Shown here piece by piece: positions 1 to 10,037 of a stretch of DNA of 64,000 nucleotides. This DNA comes from Malacoraja senta (taxonomy: Eukaryota). The notes under the pieces are model-generated. The model had not been told where the DNA came from and made no database searches. It saw nothing but the letters and a program-made list of their open reading frames with translations. Location of the stretch: contig CM075987.1 in the NCBI GenBank assembly GCA_038087875.1, forward strand, positions 17,734,001-17,798,000, read 5' to 3'. Numbering within the stretch: the first letter of the stretch is position 1; each line of letters begins with the position of its first letter. A program made the translations under genes and the position numbers.

Positions 1-775
1 GGTTGGGTCTCTATTCTCTATCTGAAAAGAGGTTGAGTAGGCTGGGTCTCTATTCCATGGAGCGCAGGAGGATGAGGGGGATCTTATAGAGGTGTATAAA
101 ATCATGAGAGGAATAGATCGGGTAGATGCACAGAGTCTTTTGCCCAGAGTAGGGGAATTGAGAACCAGAGGACAGGTTCAAGGTGAAGGGGAAAAGATTT
201 AATATGAATCCGAGGGGTACCTTTTTCACACAAAGGGTGGTGGGTGTATGGAACAAAAAGCTGCCAGAGGAGGTAGTTGAGGCTGGGACTATCCCATCGT
301 TTAAGAAACAGTTAGACAGGTACATGGATAGGACAGGTTTGGAGGGATATGGACCAAGTGCAGGCAAATGGGACTAGTGTAGCTGGGACATGTTGGCCGG
401 TGTGGGCAAGTTGGGCTGAAGGGCCTGTTTCCACACTGTATGACTAGTGTAGCTGGGACATTGTTGGCCGGTGTGGGCGAGTTGGGCTGAAGGGCGTGTT
501 TCCACACTGTATCACTCTGTGACTAGTGTAGCTGGGACATTGTTGGCCGGTGTGGGCGAGTTGGGCTGAAGGGCCTGTTTCCACACTGTATGACTAGTGT
601 AGCTGGGACATTGTTGGCCGGTGTGGGCGAGTTGGGCTGAAGGGCCTGTTTCCACACTGTATCACTCTGTGACTAGTGTAGCTGGGACATTGTTGGCCGG
701 TGTGTGCGAATTGGGCTGAAAGGCCTGTTTCCACACTGTATCACTATGACTCTGTGACAATAAACTAAACTAAAC
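1..775 (+). mobile_element. CR1-clade LINE 3' end (ORF2 C-terminus plus multiplied 3' UTR), cut by the window start
   Basis: ORF 183-377 FFTQRVVGVWNKKLPEEVVEAG...FKKQLDRYMD...GYG matches the C-termini of the CR1 ORF2 copies at 6608 and 31735. Confidence 0.9.
372..757 (+). repeat. Five tandem copies of the CR1 3' UTR (units about 70/79/71/79/85 bp)
   Basis: gactagtgtagctgggacattgttggccggtgtgggcgagttgggctgaagggcctgtttccacactgtat restarts at 372, 442, 521, 592 and 671. Confidence 0.92.
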
Positions 776-865
776 CTCCATGCCTCAGGTGCAGTTGAAC
801 AGCAGCCAGCAGCATCCCGAGGGCCCTACTGTTTACTGTCTACCCAATCATCACTCGACCTAGGC

Positions 866-1125
866 TCATACAGCACGAAAACAGGCCCTTCAGCCCAACT
901 TGGCCATGTCAACAATGGTACCCCATCTAAGTTAGCCCCACATTTGGTCCATATCCCTCTAAATGCCTCAACTGCCTCCCCTGGCAGCTCATTCCATATA
1001 CCCACCACCCTCTGTGTATAATGTGCCCCTCAGTTTCTCACAAAATCTATCCTCTCTCACCTTAAACCCATGTTCTCTGTTTTTATCTTCTCTCTGGGAA
1101 AAAAATTATCTATTTACCCATGATT
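866..1125 (-). mobile_element. Degenerate CR1 3' remnant
   Basis: Minus ORF 826-1008 VGIWNELPGEAVEA; reverse complement of the tail gttgggctgaagggcctgttttcgtgctgtatga. Confidence 0.7.
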
Positions 1126-1425
1126 TTTGAATCCTCCCAAATTGCATCATCTTATTAAAAGACATTTGGACAGCTATATGGATAGGAAGTTTACAGGGAT
1201 ATTGGCCAGATGCGGGCCTTCCAGCCCAGAATGCCAACATGATTGGCATGGACATGGTGGGCCAAACATCTCATACATCTATCTCTGCCTCCAAATACTG
1301 AGCCAATTTTAGGATCCAGTTGGCAGCCATTCCTTCAACCAACCAAGACAAATGACTAATGACCAAGACATGGAAATTAATACAGTTTAGCGGATGCAGA
1401 AACGATGATTACGATTTTTTCCCCG

Positions 1426-2102
1426 TTTTTTTTCTTTTTTAATTTTTTATTAGAGGTATCTGCATATCATAGTCCAACGCAATACAAACTTTGTATAACG
1501 ATTACATATTAGGTATCCAGGGTTCCGGGTACCCAGTTACCAAAGTAGCTGGGGTCCTCCTTTATCGGTTACATATTAACGTTGCCTCTAATTATTTATT
1601 TATATTTATACATAAGAAAAATAAAGAAATAAAGAAAAGAAATTTAAAAAGTAAGATAAACTATCAATAATACAACTTAGGAGATAGGTCCATAGGTCAG
1701 AAAACGTAACTATTCATCTAGACCTGGGTTCGGGTTTCAGTCAGGCCTCCTCGCCGGCCCAGTCTACCCCTTCAGATAATCTATAAATGGAGACAATATT
1801 TTAGTAAATAATTCTGGTTTGTCAATTATGACATATCTAATTTTTTCCAAATATAAGGTCTCCGACATCTCCATAATTCACATCTTAATTGTGGGGGTTG
1901 CAGGATTTTTCCAAAATTTTAATATTAATTTTTTCCCAATTATTACACTGTAGTGAAGGAAATTTCTTTGTTTTTTTGTAAGTTTTAGATATTGTTCTGA
2001 TATGCCCAATATTATTAATTTAGGATCGGGATCCAGTTGAGTATTAATAACTACAGAGATTATTTTTAAAATATCCATCCAGTAGTTTTTAATTTTTATA
2101 CA
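1426..2102 (-). mobile_element. 5'-truncated L1-clade LINE remnant (ORF2 C-terminus, 3' UTR, A-rich tail)
   Basis: Minus strand reads CIKIKNYWMDILKIIS...DPKLIILG...KKLILKFWKNPATPTIKM*IMEMSETLYLEKIRY...PFIDYLKG*, resembling fish L1 ORF2 ends; T-rich tract at 1426-1451. Confidence 0.7.
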
Positions 2103-2103
2103 A

Positions 2104-3826
2104 TGATGTCTTCTGAACGTTTTTTATTGAACACTCGCTCCTTAGTAAACAGGTCTCTGCATACACATCTGATCACAACGGTGGTCAGCAAAACAACTGT
2201 GGCGCAAAAGCAAAACCGTACGAAAACAGCAGCCTCACCTGAGTCACGTGCCCGCGGCTTCCGAACGCCGGGTTCGATACCTGCGTGCGCCAGCAGGCGC
2301 CATTACATGCCCCCCCCCCCAGAATCCGCGGTACGGAAACGCACGGTTAACCGGACGGTCCGACCGGAACGCGTAGTCCGAGGTCGCGGGGCAAGCGTAA
2401 CATTCGGGGCCGGCAAAACAGGACCGGAGGGACGCGACAAACGCGAACGAGGGACGGGCGTAACAGAGGGGACCGGTGAAACATAACCGGGGATAACAGG
2501 TGCAGAGGGCGGCAAGACGGCCAGCGAACGCCCTCTACGCCACAGAGTGGCCACAGACACCGGGCTATCCTCGTCGACGTAGACTGGCTTAAGGCGGCTG
2601 ACAGAGACAAATTCCTCCCTGCCACCCATGTCCAACGTGAACGTTGAGGTACCCGTCTCTAGCACCTTGTACAGACCTTCGTACACCCGCTGTAATGGCG
2701 AGCGGTGAGCATCCCTACGAAGGAAAACATAAGAACAATCCCGTAACATAGTAGGCACATGCACCGCGGACGACCCGTGTCGGGAAGTGTGGACCGGGAC
2801 CAACGCGCGCGCCCGCTCACGAAAGTCAGCTAACACCGCCGAAGCCGGGACCTCATGATCGCGGGTGGCGGGCAGAAAATCCCCAGGTACCCACAAAACC
2901 GAGCCATAAACCAGCTCAGCCAAGGAGGCGTCGAGGTCTTCCTTAGGCGTAGTTCTGATGCCTAGGAGAAACCAGGGCAACTGGTCAACCCAATCGGTGC
3001 TGGTAAGCCGGGCCTTCAACGCCGACTTGAGGTGTCTGTGGAACTGCTCGTCTAAACCGTTCGACTCCAGATGATACGCAGTAGTCTGGTGCAACTTCGC
3101 GCCATACAGGTGCTCCACACCACACCACGGGGAGGACGTGAACTGGGCCCCACGATCGGTAGTAATATCTGAAGGGACCCCGAAACGAGCGATCCAATTG
3201 GAGACAATAGCGAGGGCACAAGCCCCAGCGGAGGTATTGGTTAACGGTATTGCCTCTGGCCACCTGGTGAACCTATCCACGATAGTGAGTAAGTGCGCGG
3301 CCCAGCGCGAACATGGCAAGGGACCCTCCAGGTCGACATGGATGTGCAGGAACCTGCCGTCTGGAACAGCGAAATCCTGCACGGGCGGGCGCACATGCCT
3401 CTGCACCTTGGAAATCTGGCAGGGGATACAAGCGCGGGCCCATGTGCGACCTGCTTTCGTAACCTATGCCAGACAAACTTGGAAGCAAGCAGGGCAGAGG
3501 TGGCACGGATGGACGGGTGAGCTAGGCTGTGGATGGTGTCGAAAATCCGATGCCTCCAGGCAATCGGGACGATCGAGCGTGCTTTACCCGTTGAGACATC
3601 GCAAATGATTCGTACGCCTGCAGCGCCGCAAGGCACTTCAGTCAGCTTGAGACCCGATTCAGCATTGCGGTAATCCCCCAGGCCGGCATCAGCCGGTTGA
3701 GCTGCTGCCAGCTCCGCATAATCCACACCTAGGTTTAAAGCGGAAACCTCAGGGACCGCCGGACGGGAGAGCGCGTCGGCCACAACGTTCAGCTTCCCCG
3801 CCACATGCCGAATGTCAGACGTGAAC
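2104..3826 (-). mobile_element. Ty3/Gypsy LTR retrotransposon, 3' part (RNase H end, integrase, PPT, probable partial 3' LTR)
   Basis: FTSDIRHVAGKLNVVADALSR; HHCC (HSLAH...CIPC, across a frameshift); DDE core HIHVDLEGP/ITTDRGAQF/SNGLDE; poly-G PPT at 2310-2320 followed by TGTAATG at 2307; AATAAA near 2122-2127. Confidence 0.92.
2303..3406 (-). pseudogene. Gypsy integrase core ORF (frameshifted from upstream pol)
   Basis: 367-aa ORF with rve-like motifs LTIVDRFTRWPEAIPL, NWIARFGVPSDITTDRGAQFTS, TTAYHLESNGLDE and VSVSRLKP. Confidence 0.9.
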
Positions 3827-6705
3827 GGTTGGGGGGAGGGACTCAAATAGAGAAAGCTAGTGTGAGGCAGGAGGCAGAGAAGGGAAGCACTCAGATCCAA
3901 CATGTAGGGGGGAAAGAAGAAAAAAATAATAAACAGAGAATAAGAGGTGGTGGGTTTCTTAAATGTGTGAGCAGAGAGACAGAGGGGTGTAAAATGAGGG
4001 TAGAAGCAATAGGTAGCAAGGTGAAAAGTAAAAGTGGGAGGCAGACAAATCCAGGGCAAAAATCAAAAAGGGCCACTTTTCAACATAATTGTATAAGGGT
4101 GTTGTAAAAACAAGCCTGAAGGCTTTGTGTCTCAATGCAAGGAGCATTTGTAATAAGGTGGATGAGTTGAATGTGCAGATAGCTATTAATGACTATGATA
4201 TAGTTGGGATCACGGAGACATGGCTCCAGGGTGACCAAGGCTGGGAGCTGAACATCCAGGGATATTCAGGAGGGATAGAGAGAAAGGAAAAGGAGGTGGG
4301 GTAGCATTGCTGGTTAGAGAGGAGATTAACGCAATAGAAAGGAAGGACATTAGCTTGGAGGATGTGGAATCGATATGGGTTGAGCTGCGAAACACAAAGG
4401 GGCAGAAAACGCTAGTGGGTATTGTGTACAGGCCACCTAACAGTAGTAGTGGAGTTGGGGATGGCATCAAACAGGAAATTAGAAATGCGTGCAACAAAGG
4501 CAAAACAGTTATAATGGGTGACTTCAATCTACATATACATTGGGTGAATCTAATTAGCAGGGGTCCTGAGGAAGAGGATTTCTTGGAATGTATGCGGGAT
4601 CGTTTTCTAAACCAACATGTAGAGGAACCAACGAGAACAGGCTATTCTAGACAGGGTATTGAGTAATGGGGAAGGGTTAGTTAGCAGTCTTGTTGTGCGT
4701 GGCCCCTTGGGCAAGAGTGACCATAATATGGTTGAGTTCTTCATTAGGATGGAGAGTGACATAATTAATTCAGAAACAAGGGTTCTGAACTTAAAGAAAG
4801 GTAACTTTGAGGGTATGAGACGTGAATTGGCCAAGATAGACTGGCAATTGATTCTTAAAGGGTTGACGGTGGATGTGCAATGGAAGGCATTTAAAGACTG
4901 CATGGATGAACTGCAACAATTGTTCATCACAGTTTGGCAAAAGAATAAATCAGGGAAGGTAGTGCATCCGTGGATAACAAGGGAAATCAGGGATAGTATC
5001 AAAACAAAAGATGAAGCATACAAATTAGCCAGAAAAAGCAGCCTACCAGAGGACTGGGAGAAATTCAGAGTCCAGCAGAGGAGGACAAAGGGCTTAATTA
5101 GGAAAGGGAAAATAGATTATGAAAGAAAACTGGCAGGGAACATAAAAACTGACTGCAAAAGTTTTTATAGATATGTGAAGAGAAAAAGATTAGTTAAAAC
5201 AAATGTAGGTCCCTTGCAGTCAGAAACAGGTGTATTGATCATGGGGAACAAGGACATGGCAGAACAATTGAATAACTACTTTGGTTCTGTCTTCACTAAG
5301 GAAGACATAAATAATCTGCCGGAAATAGCAGGGGACCGGGGGTCCAATGAGATGGAGGAACTGAGTGAAATCCAGGTTAGCCGGGAAGTGGTGTTAGGTA
5401 AATTGAATGGATTAAAGGCCAATAAATCCCCAGGGCCAGATAGGCTGCATTCCAGAGTACTTAAGGAAGTAGCCCCAGAAATAGTGGATGCATTAGTGAT
5501 AATTTTTCAAAATTCTTTAGATTCTGGAGAAGTTCCTGAGGATTGGAGGGTAGCTAATGTAACCTCACTTTTTAAAAAGGGAGGGAGAGAGAAAACGGGG
5601 AATTACAGACCAGTTAGTCTAACATCGGTAGGGGGATACTGCTAGTCAGTTATTAAAGATGGGATAGCAGCACATTTGGAAAGTGGTGAAATCATTGGAC
5701 AAAGTCAGCATGGATTTACGAAAGGTAAATCATGTCTGACGAATCTTATAGAATTTTTCGAGGATGTAACTACTAGAGTGGATAAGGGAGAACCAGTGGA
5801 TGTGTTATATATGGACTTTCAGAAGGCTTTCGACAAGGTCCCACATAAGAGAGTAGTATACAAACTTAAAGCACACGGTATTGGGGGTTCAGTATTGATG
5901 TGGATAGAGACCTGGCTGGCAGACAGGAAGCAAAGAGTAGGAGTAAATGGTGGCCGATTAGGAAAAGGGGAGATGCAACGAGACCTGGGTGTCATGGTAC
6001 ACCAGTCATTGAAAGTAGGCATGCAGATGCAGCAGGCAGTGAAGAAAGCAAATGGTATGTTAGCATTCATAGCAAAAGGATTTGAGTATAGGAGCAGGGA
6101 GGTTCTACTGCAGTTGTACAGGGTCTTGGTGAGACCACACCTGGAGTATCACGTACAGTTTTGGTCTCCAAATCTGAGGAAATGCATTCTTGCCATAGAG
6201 GGAGTACAGAGAAGGTTCACCAGACTGATTCCTGGGATGTCAGGACTTTCATATGAAGAAAGACTGGATAGACTCGGCTTATACTTGCTAGAATTTAGAA
6301 GATTGAGGGGGGATCTTATAGAAACTTACAAAATTCTTAAGGGGTTGGACAGGCTAGATGCAGGAAGATTGTTCCCGATGTTGGGGAAGTCCAGAACAAG
6401 GGGTCACAGTTTAAGGCTAAGGGGGAAATCTTTTATGACCGAGATGAGAAAAACATTTTTCACACAGAGAGTGGTGAGTCTCTGGAATTCTCTGCCACAG
6501 AAGGTAGTTGAGGCCAGTTCATTGGCTATATTTAAGAGGGAGTTAGATGTGGCCCTTGTGGCTAAAGGGATCAGGGGGTATGGAGAGAAGGCAGGTACAG
6601 GATACTGAGTTGGATGATCAGCCATGATCATATTGAATGGCGGTGCAGGCTCGAAGGGCCGAATGGCCTAATCCTGCACCTATTTTCTATGTTTCTATGT
6701 TCTAT
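3827..6705 (+). mobile_element. CR1 LINE (ORF2 only: APE endonuclease plus RT), frameshifted and internally deleted, inserted into the Gypsy with TSD GTGAAC
   Basis: CLNARS, GITETW, VYRPP, MGDFN, SDHN, KSPGPD, NYRPVSLTS, QHGF, YMDFQKAFDKVPH; (ttctatgt)n tail; GTGAAC at 3821-3826 and 6706-6711. Confidence 0.95.
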
Positions 6706-7135
6706 GTGAACTCGGATATGTTGGCGAGGTGCCGCTGTTGCCTGGCAGACCAGGGGTCGGACACCTTATTCAAACGTCCGATGCGTCCACGGAGAGAGCT
6801 GTGGGGGCTGATGCCCTCGGGTGTACCAGCATTGCTGCGAAAGGTTGCTGGATCTCAGCTACCTCGTCGAGTTGTTGTTGGGGCGTGAACGGATTACGCG
6901 GCTCGGCAGGGCACAGGTCCGACGACGGAACCATTCGCCCGCCCCGCACATCGGCTAGCAGGGAGAACGCGCGCAAGAAGTCGGCCCCCAATATCAGCTG
7001 GGCGACGTCAGCAATGGTGAACTTCCACCTATACGGGTGGGAGTCAAAATTTAAGTCCAGGGTCCGCGCGCCGGATGTTCGAATATCGCTCCCGTTAACG
7101 GCCGAGAGGACGGGTCATACCTTACTGACACGGTA
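6706..7135 (-). mobile_element. Same Gypsy element, upstream part (protease C-half joined to RNase H fragments, RT deleted)
   Basis: LSAVNGSDIRTSGARTLDLNF...WKFTIADVAQLILGADFL, then MLVHPRASAPTALSVDASD, then NKVSDPWSARQQRHLANISEF, which rejoins TSDIRHVAG at 3820. Confidence 0.85.
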
Positions 7136-7490
7136 TTCAGCTGTTTGCCCAGATCGACGTGCTGCTGCCAGTCAGTAGCTGTGTAGAGGAGGCCCGTCCT
7201 TGTTTTTGGTTGTGGTCGGGACTTCTCTCCAGCTTTGACAAAAGTGATTGAATTCTTTGGGGCGTGGTGGTGTTTGCTGTTACCGATTGCAGTGGCTATG
7301 CTCTCAGCACCCACCTTGAGCACCTGGTCATGGAGCCACCGATAGCGACCTTCCCCAAGGGACTTTGGGCAGCTGCTGAGGAGATGTTCTAATGATCCTC
7401 TTCCAGAGCAAAGTGGGCAGGAATTATCTCGCTCTTGCCCCAGACGTGGAGGTTTGCTGGGCTTGGTTGGGCATCGTAGACAGCTTGGAC
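7136..7490 (-). mobile_element. Fragment of an RLE-type (Hero/NeSL/R2-group) non-LTR retrotransposon, C-terminal zinc knuckle region
   Basis: AVYDAQPSPANLHVWGKSE, then frameshift, then CPLCSGRGSLEHLLSSCPKSLGEGRYRWLHDQVLK...FVKAGEK...DWQQHVDLGKQL (CCHC plus R/L-HD motif). Confidence 0.7.
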
Positions 7491-7646
7491 TCATAATGTT
7501 TAAGAGACATTTAAACAGGTTCAATGATAGGACTGGTTCAGAGGGATATTGGCCAAACGCGGGCAGGTGGGACTAGTGTAGTGGGGCATGTTGGTTGGTG
7601 TGGGCAAGTCAGGCCGAAGGGTCTGTTTCCACGATGTATGACTCTA
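7491..7646 (+). mobile_element. Short CR1 3' tail remnant
   Basis: tttaagagacatttaaacagg...gggactagtgtag...ggccgaagggtctgtttccacgatgtatgactcta resembles 300-441. Confidence 0.7.
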
Positions 7647-7896
7647 ACCCATGAGTCTGCCTCAAAGTCTCTGTTTCTCAACTCTTCCCTGCACGATCTC
7701 AATCTGTGGCTCCTGTCTGGTGCCTCCTTGGTCAAGTCCTCATGTTCCTCATCTGGGTTACTGCCAACCATCTGTCTGATCACAGACCTGTACAGAGCCT
7801 CGTGTAATCTTTGAAAGTACAATTGAATCATTGAAATGTTGTTACAGATGGCTTGATGGCTAATGATCTGTGGCCCGGCCAGATGTTGCAGTACTG

Positions 7897-8735
7897 ATAC
7901 AATACAATACAATACAATATTTATTCATTGTCATTTGAACCTCAGTGAGGCTCAAGCGAAACTCTGTTTCCACAGCCATACAAACAAAACAATTCCTACA
8001 AGACATACAAACAATTCAATTCACACAAACATCCATCACAGTGAATCTCCTCTACACTGTGATGGAAGGCAAAGTCTTTTCCCTCCCCTGTACACCATTT
8101 CCCCCAATCTTGAAGCCCCAGGCGGGCGATGGTAAGTCCCACGGCCATTTAAGGCCGCACCGGGCGATGTACGGCCCCGCTCCAGGTCTAAACGTCACAA
8201 AGTTGGAGCCCCCGGCGGGAGTTGGAATGTCCCGCGGCCATTAAAGCAGCGCCGGGCGATGTACGGCCCCTCTCCGGGTCGTTCCAACCCCGCGACACGG
8301 GCTGGAGAAGTTGCGTTGCTGGGAGCTCCGAAAAGCGGTCTGCCACCCGGACCCGCGAGCTCCCGATATCACAGTCCACAGGCCTGCAGCTGGAGCCTCC
8401 GAGCTCCGGAGTCGGGCCGCAGCAGCGAGCCACCACCGCTCCCCATGCCCCGAGGCCGGCCAGCCCCACGATGGTGAGTAGTCCGCAGGCTCCGCTCCGC
8501 GACTGGAGCCCCCAGGTCGTTCCGGTTGGAGGCCGCTCCACGGTGCTAGGCCCAACGACAACGGAGACCCGACAGGGAAAAGGTCGGGTCTCCCGTGCAG
8601 GGAAGAGATTTGAAAAGTTTCCCCACCCCTCCCCCCACATATACACGGTTAAAAACAGTATGAAAAAAAACACCACAACTACATTTAACTAGACAAAAAA
8701 ATTTAAAAAGACAGACATGACATGAGTCGCGCCGC
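7897..8735 (-). mobile_element. Unclassified GC-rich non-coding retroposon-like element with (TTGTA)n tail
   Basis: (tacaa)n plus tttatt at 7897-7925 (AATAAA and microsatellite tail on minus); CpG-rich body 8110-8600 with an internal direct repeat and an 11-bp hairpin. Confidence 0.5.
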
Positions 8736-8778
8736 AAACCGGATCACATGAACTAACCAGGATTGCCCTTCCTTTCAG

Positions 8779-8844
8779 GTGAAGAGGGATGTGTTTGCAG
8801 AGGCACGGTACATCGAAATGGTGCTGGTTGCAGACAACACCGTG
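8779..8844 (+). CDS. ADAM metalloprotease exon A (VKRDVFAEARYIEMVLVADNTV)
   Basis: Acceptor cccttcctttcag, donor gtaggt; 66 nt, phase 0/0; KR furin-type site and YIEMVLVAD start of the reprolysin domain. Confidence 0.9.
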
Positions 8845-9129
8845 GTAGGTGATTTGTCCGCATGTCTCCAACGTCAGAACAATACTTTAGAGTATGGCAT
8901 TGTAAATACTTTAGAGTATTGTGCTTAGTATTGGGCACCATGTTATAGGGAACTACCCGCAGCACCAGTGTGCCGTCATTGTCAATGAACTGCCCATGTC
9001 TGATGCACAGGGGAATGGCCACAGGGGATACCTGCACTGCCTACTCCTACTCCTGGTGATCACCCATCTACTTTCTGCCTGTGACTGAGGTGTGACCACC
9101 TCACTGTACATTTATTTATCCTCTGTCTA

Positions 9130-9465
9130 TGTTATGCTTGCTCTCATAGTTCGATGCATTGAGTATAAGAGTCAGGATGTCATGATGCAGCTTTATAGGA
9201 CTTTGGTTCGGCCACATTTGGAGTGTTGCGTGCAGTTCTGGTCGCCTCATTACTGGAAGGATAAGGAGGCTTTGGAGAGGGTGCAGAGATGGTTCACCAA
9301 GACATCTGGATTAGAGGGGTTCAGCTACAGGGAATGGTTGGCTAGACTTGGATTGTTTTCTCTGGAACGTCAGAGGTTGGGGGAGATGTTTAAATGAGAT
9401 ACGTGAGGCAACCATTTTATAGAGGATGGTGAGTGACTGGAACTCACTTCCAGGAGTGGTGGAGG
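9130..9465 (+). mobile_element. Degenerate CR1 RT fragment
   Basis: IEYKSQDVMMQLYRTLVRPHLECCVQFWSPHY...LERVQRWFTK. Confidence 0.8.
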
Positions 9466-9742
9466 TCACATCCTAACTGTAAAACAACACAAGTGGCTGA
9501 TGAACCAGCTCCTTCCATCAGTGTCCCAGACAGGTGAATGGCTGTTTCAGGTTCTCAGTGTGACCTCTGCCCAGGTTGGGCCTTGGTTTTACTGAGCGCT
9601 GCAGTGTTTTCAGTTTCACCCGACCCCAACCACACACTTTGGTTTTTGGATCGTCAAACAATGAAACCATGTGACTGTTAGCATCATAGAGCTAAACAAG
9701 CTCATAGTTGCCAAACACCCACCACCCTTTGTGTGAAAAAAG

Positions 9743-9912
9743 GTGGGGGTGAGGATGGAGGTGGGGGTGGGGGTGGTGGTAGGTGTGGGGTTGGGGATGG
9801 AGATGGGGATGGGGGTGAGGGTGAGGGTGGTGGTGGGTGAGGGGGTGGGGATGGAGATGGGGATGGGGGTGAGGGTGGGGATGGGGGTGGGGAGGGAGTG
9901 GTGGGAGCGGTG
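9743..9912 (+). repeat. G-rich hexamer simple repeat (GGGGTG/GGGATG/AGGGTG)
   Basis: Direct reading. Confidence 0.9.
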
Positions 9913-9965
9913 GGCCACAGAGGCATTATTCTGCTCACGGACCCCATCCTCTGCTTCCTTTGTAG

Positions 9966-10037
9966 TACCAGAATTACGGCGAAAATATACAGAACGTGCT
10001 GGACCGGCTGCTCAATATCGCCAACACAGCCGATCTG
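9966..10037 (+). CDS. ADAM metalloprotease exon B (YQNYGENIQNVLDRLLNIANTADL)
   Basis: Acceptor ctctgcttcctttgtag, donor gtgagt; 72 nt, phase 0/0; resembles the R-L-x-x-I-A-N-x-x-D helix of ADAM12/19-type proteins. Confidence 0.88.

Noticed and set aside
789..863. Possible upstream ADAM prodomain exon after cctcag
   Set aside because: No cysteine-switch similarity, no good donor site, and an early stop
7538..7912. 124-aa minus ORF
   Set aside because: No recognisable motif; it starts in a microsatellite tail and ends in a CR1 tail
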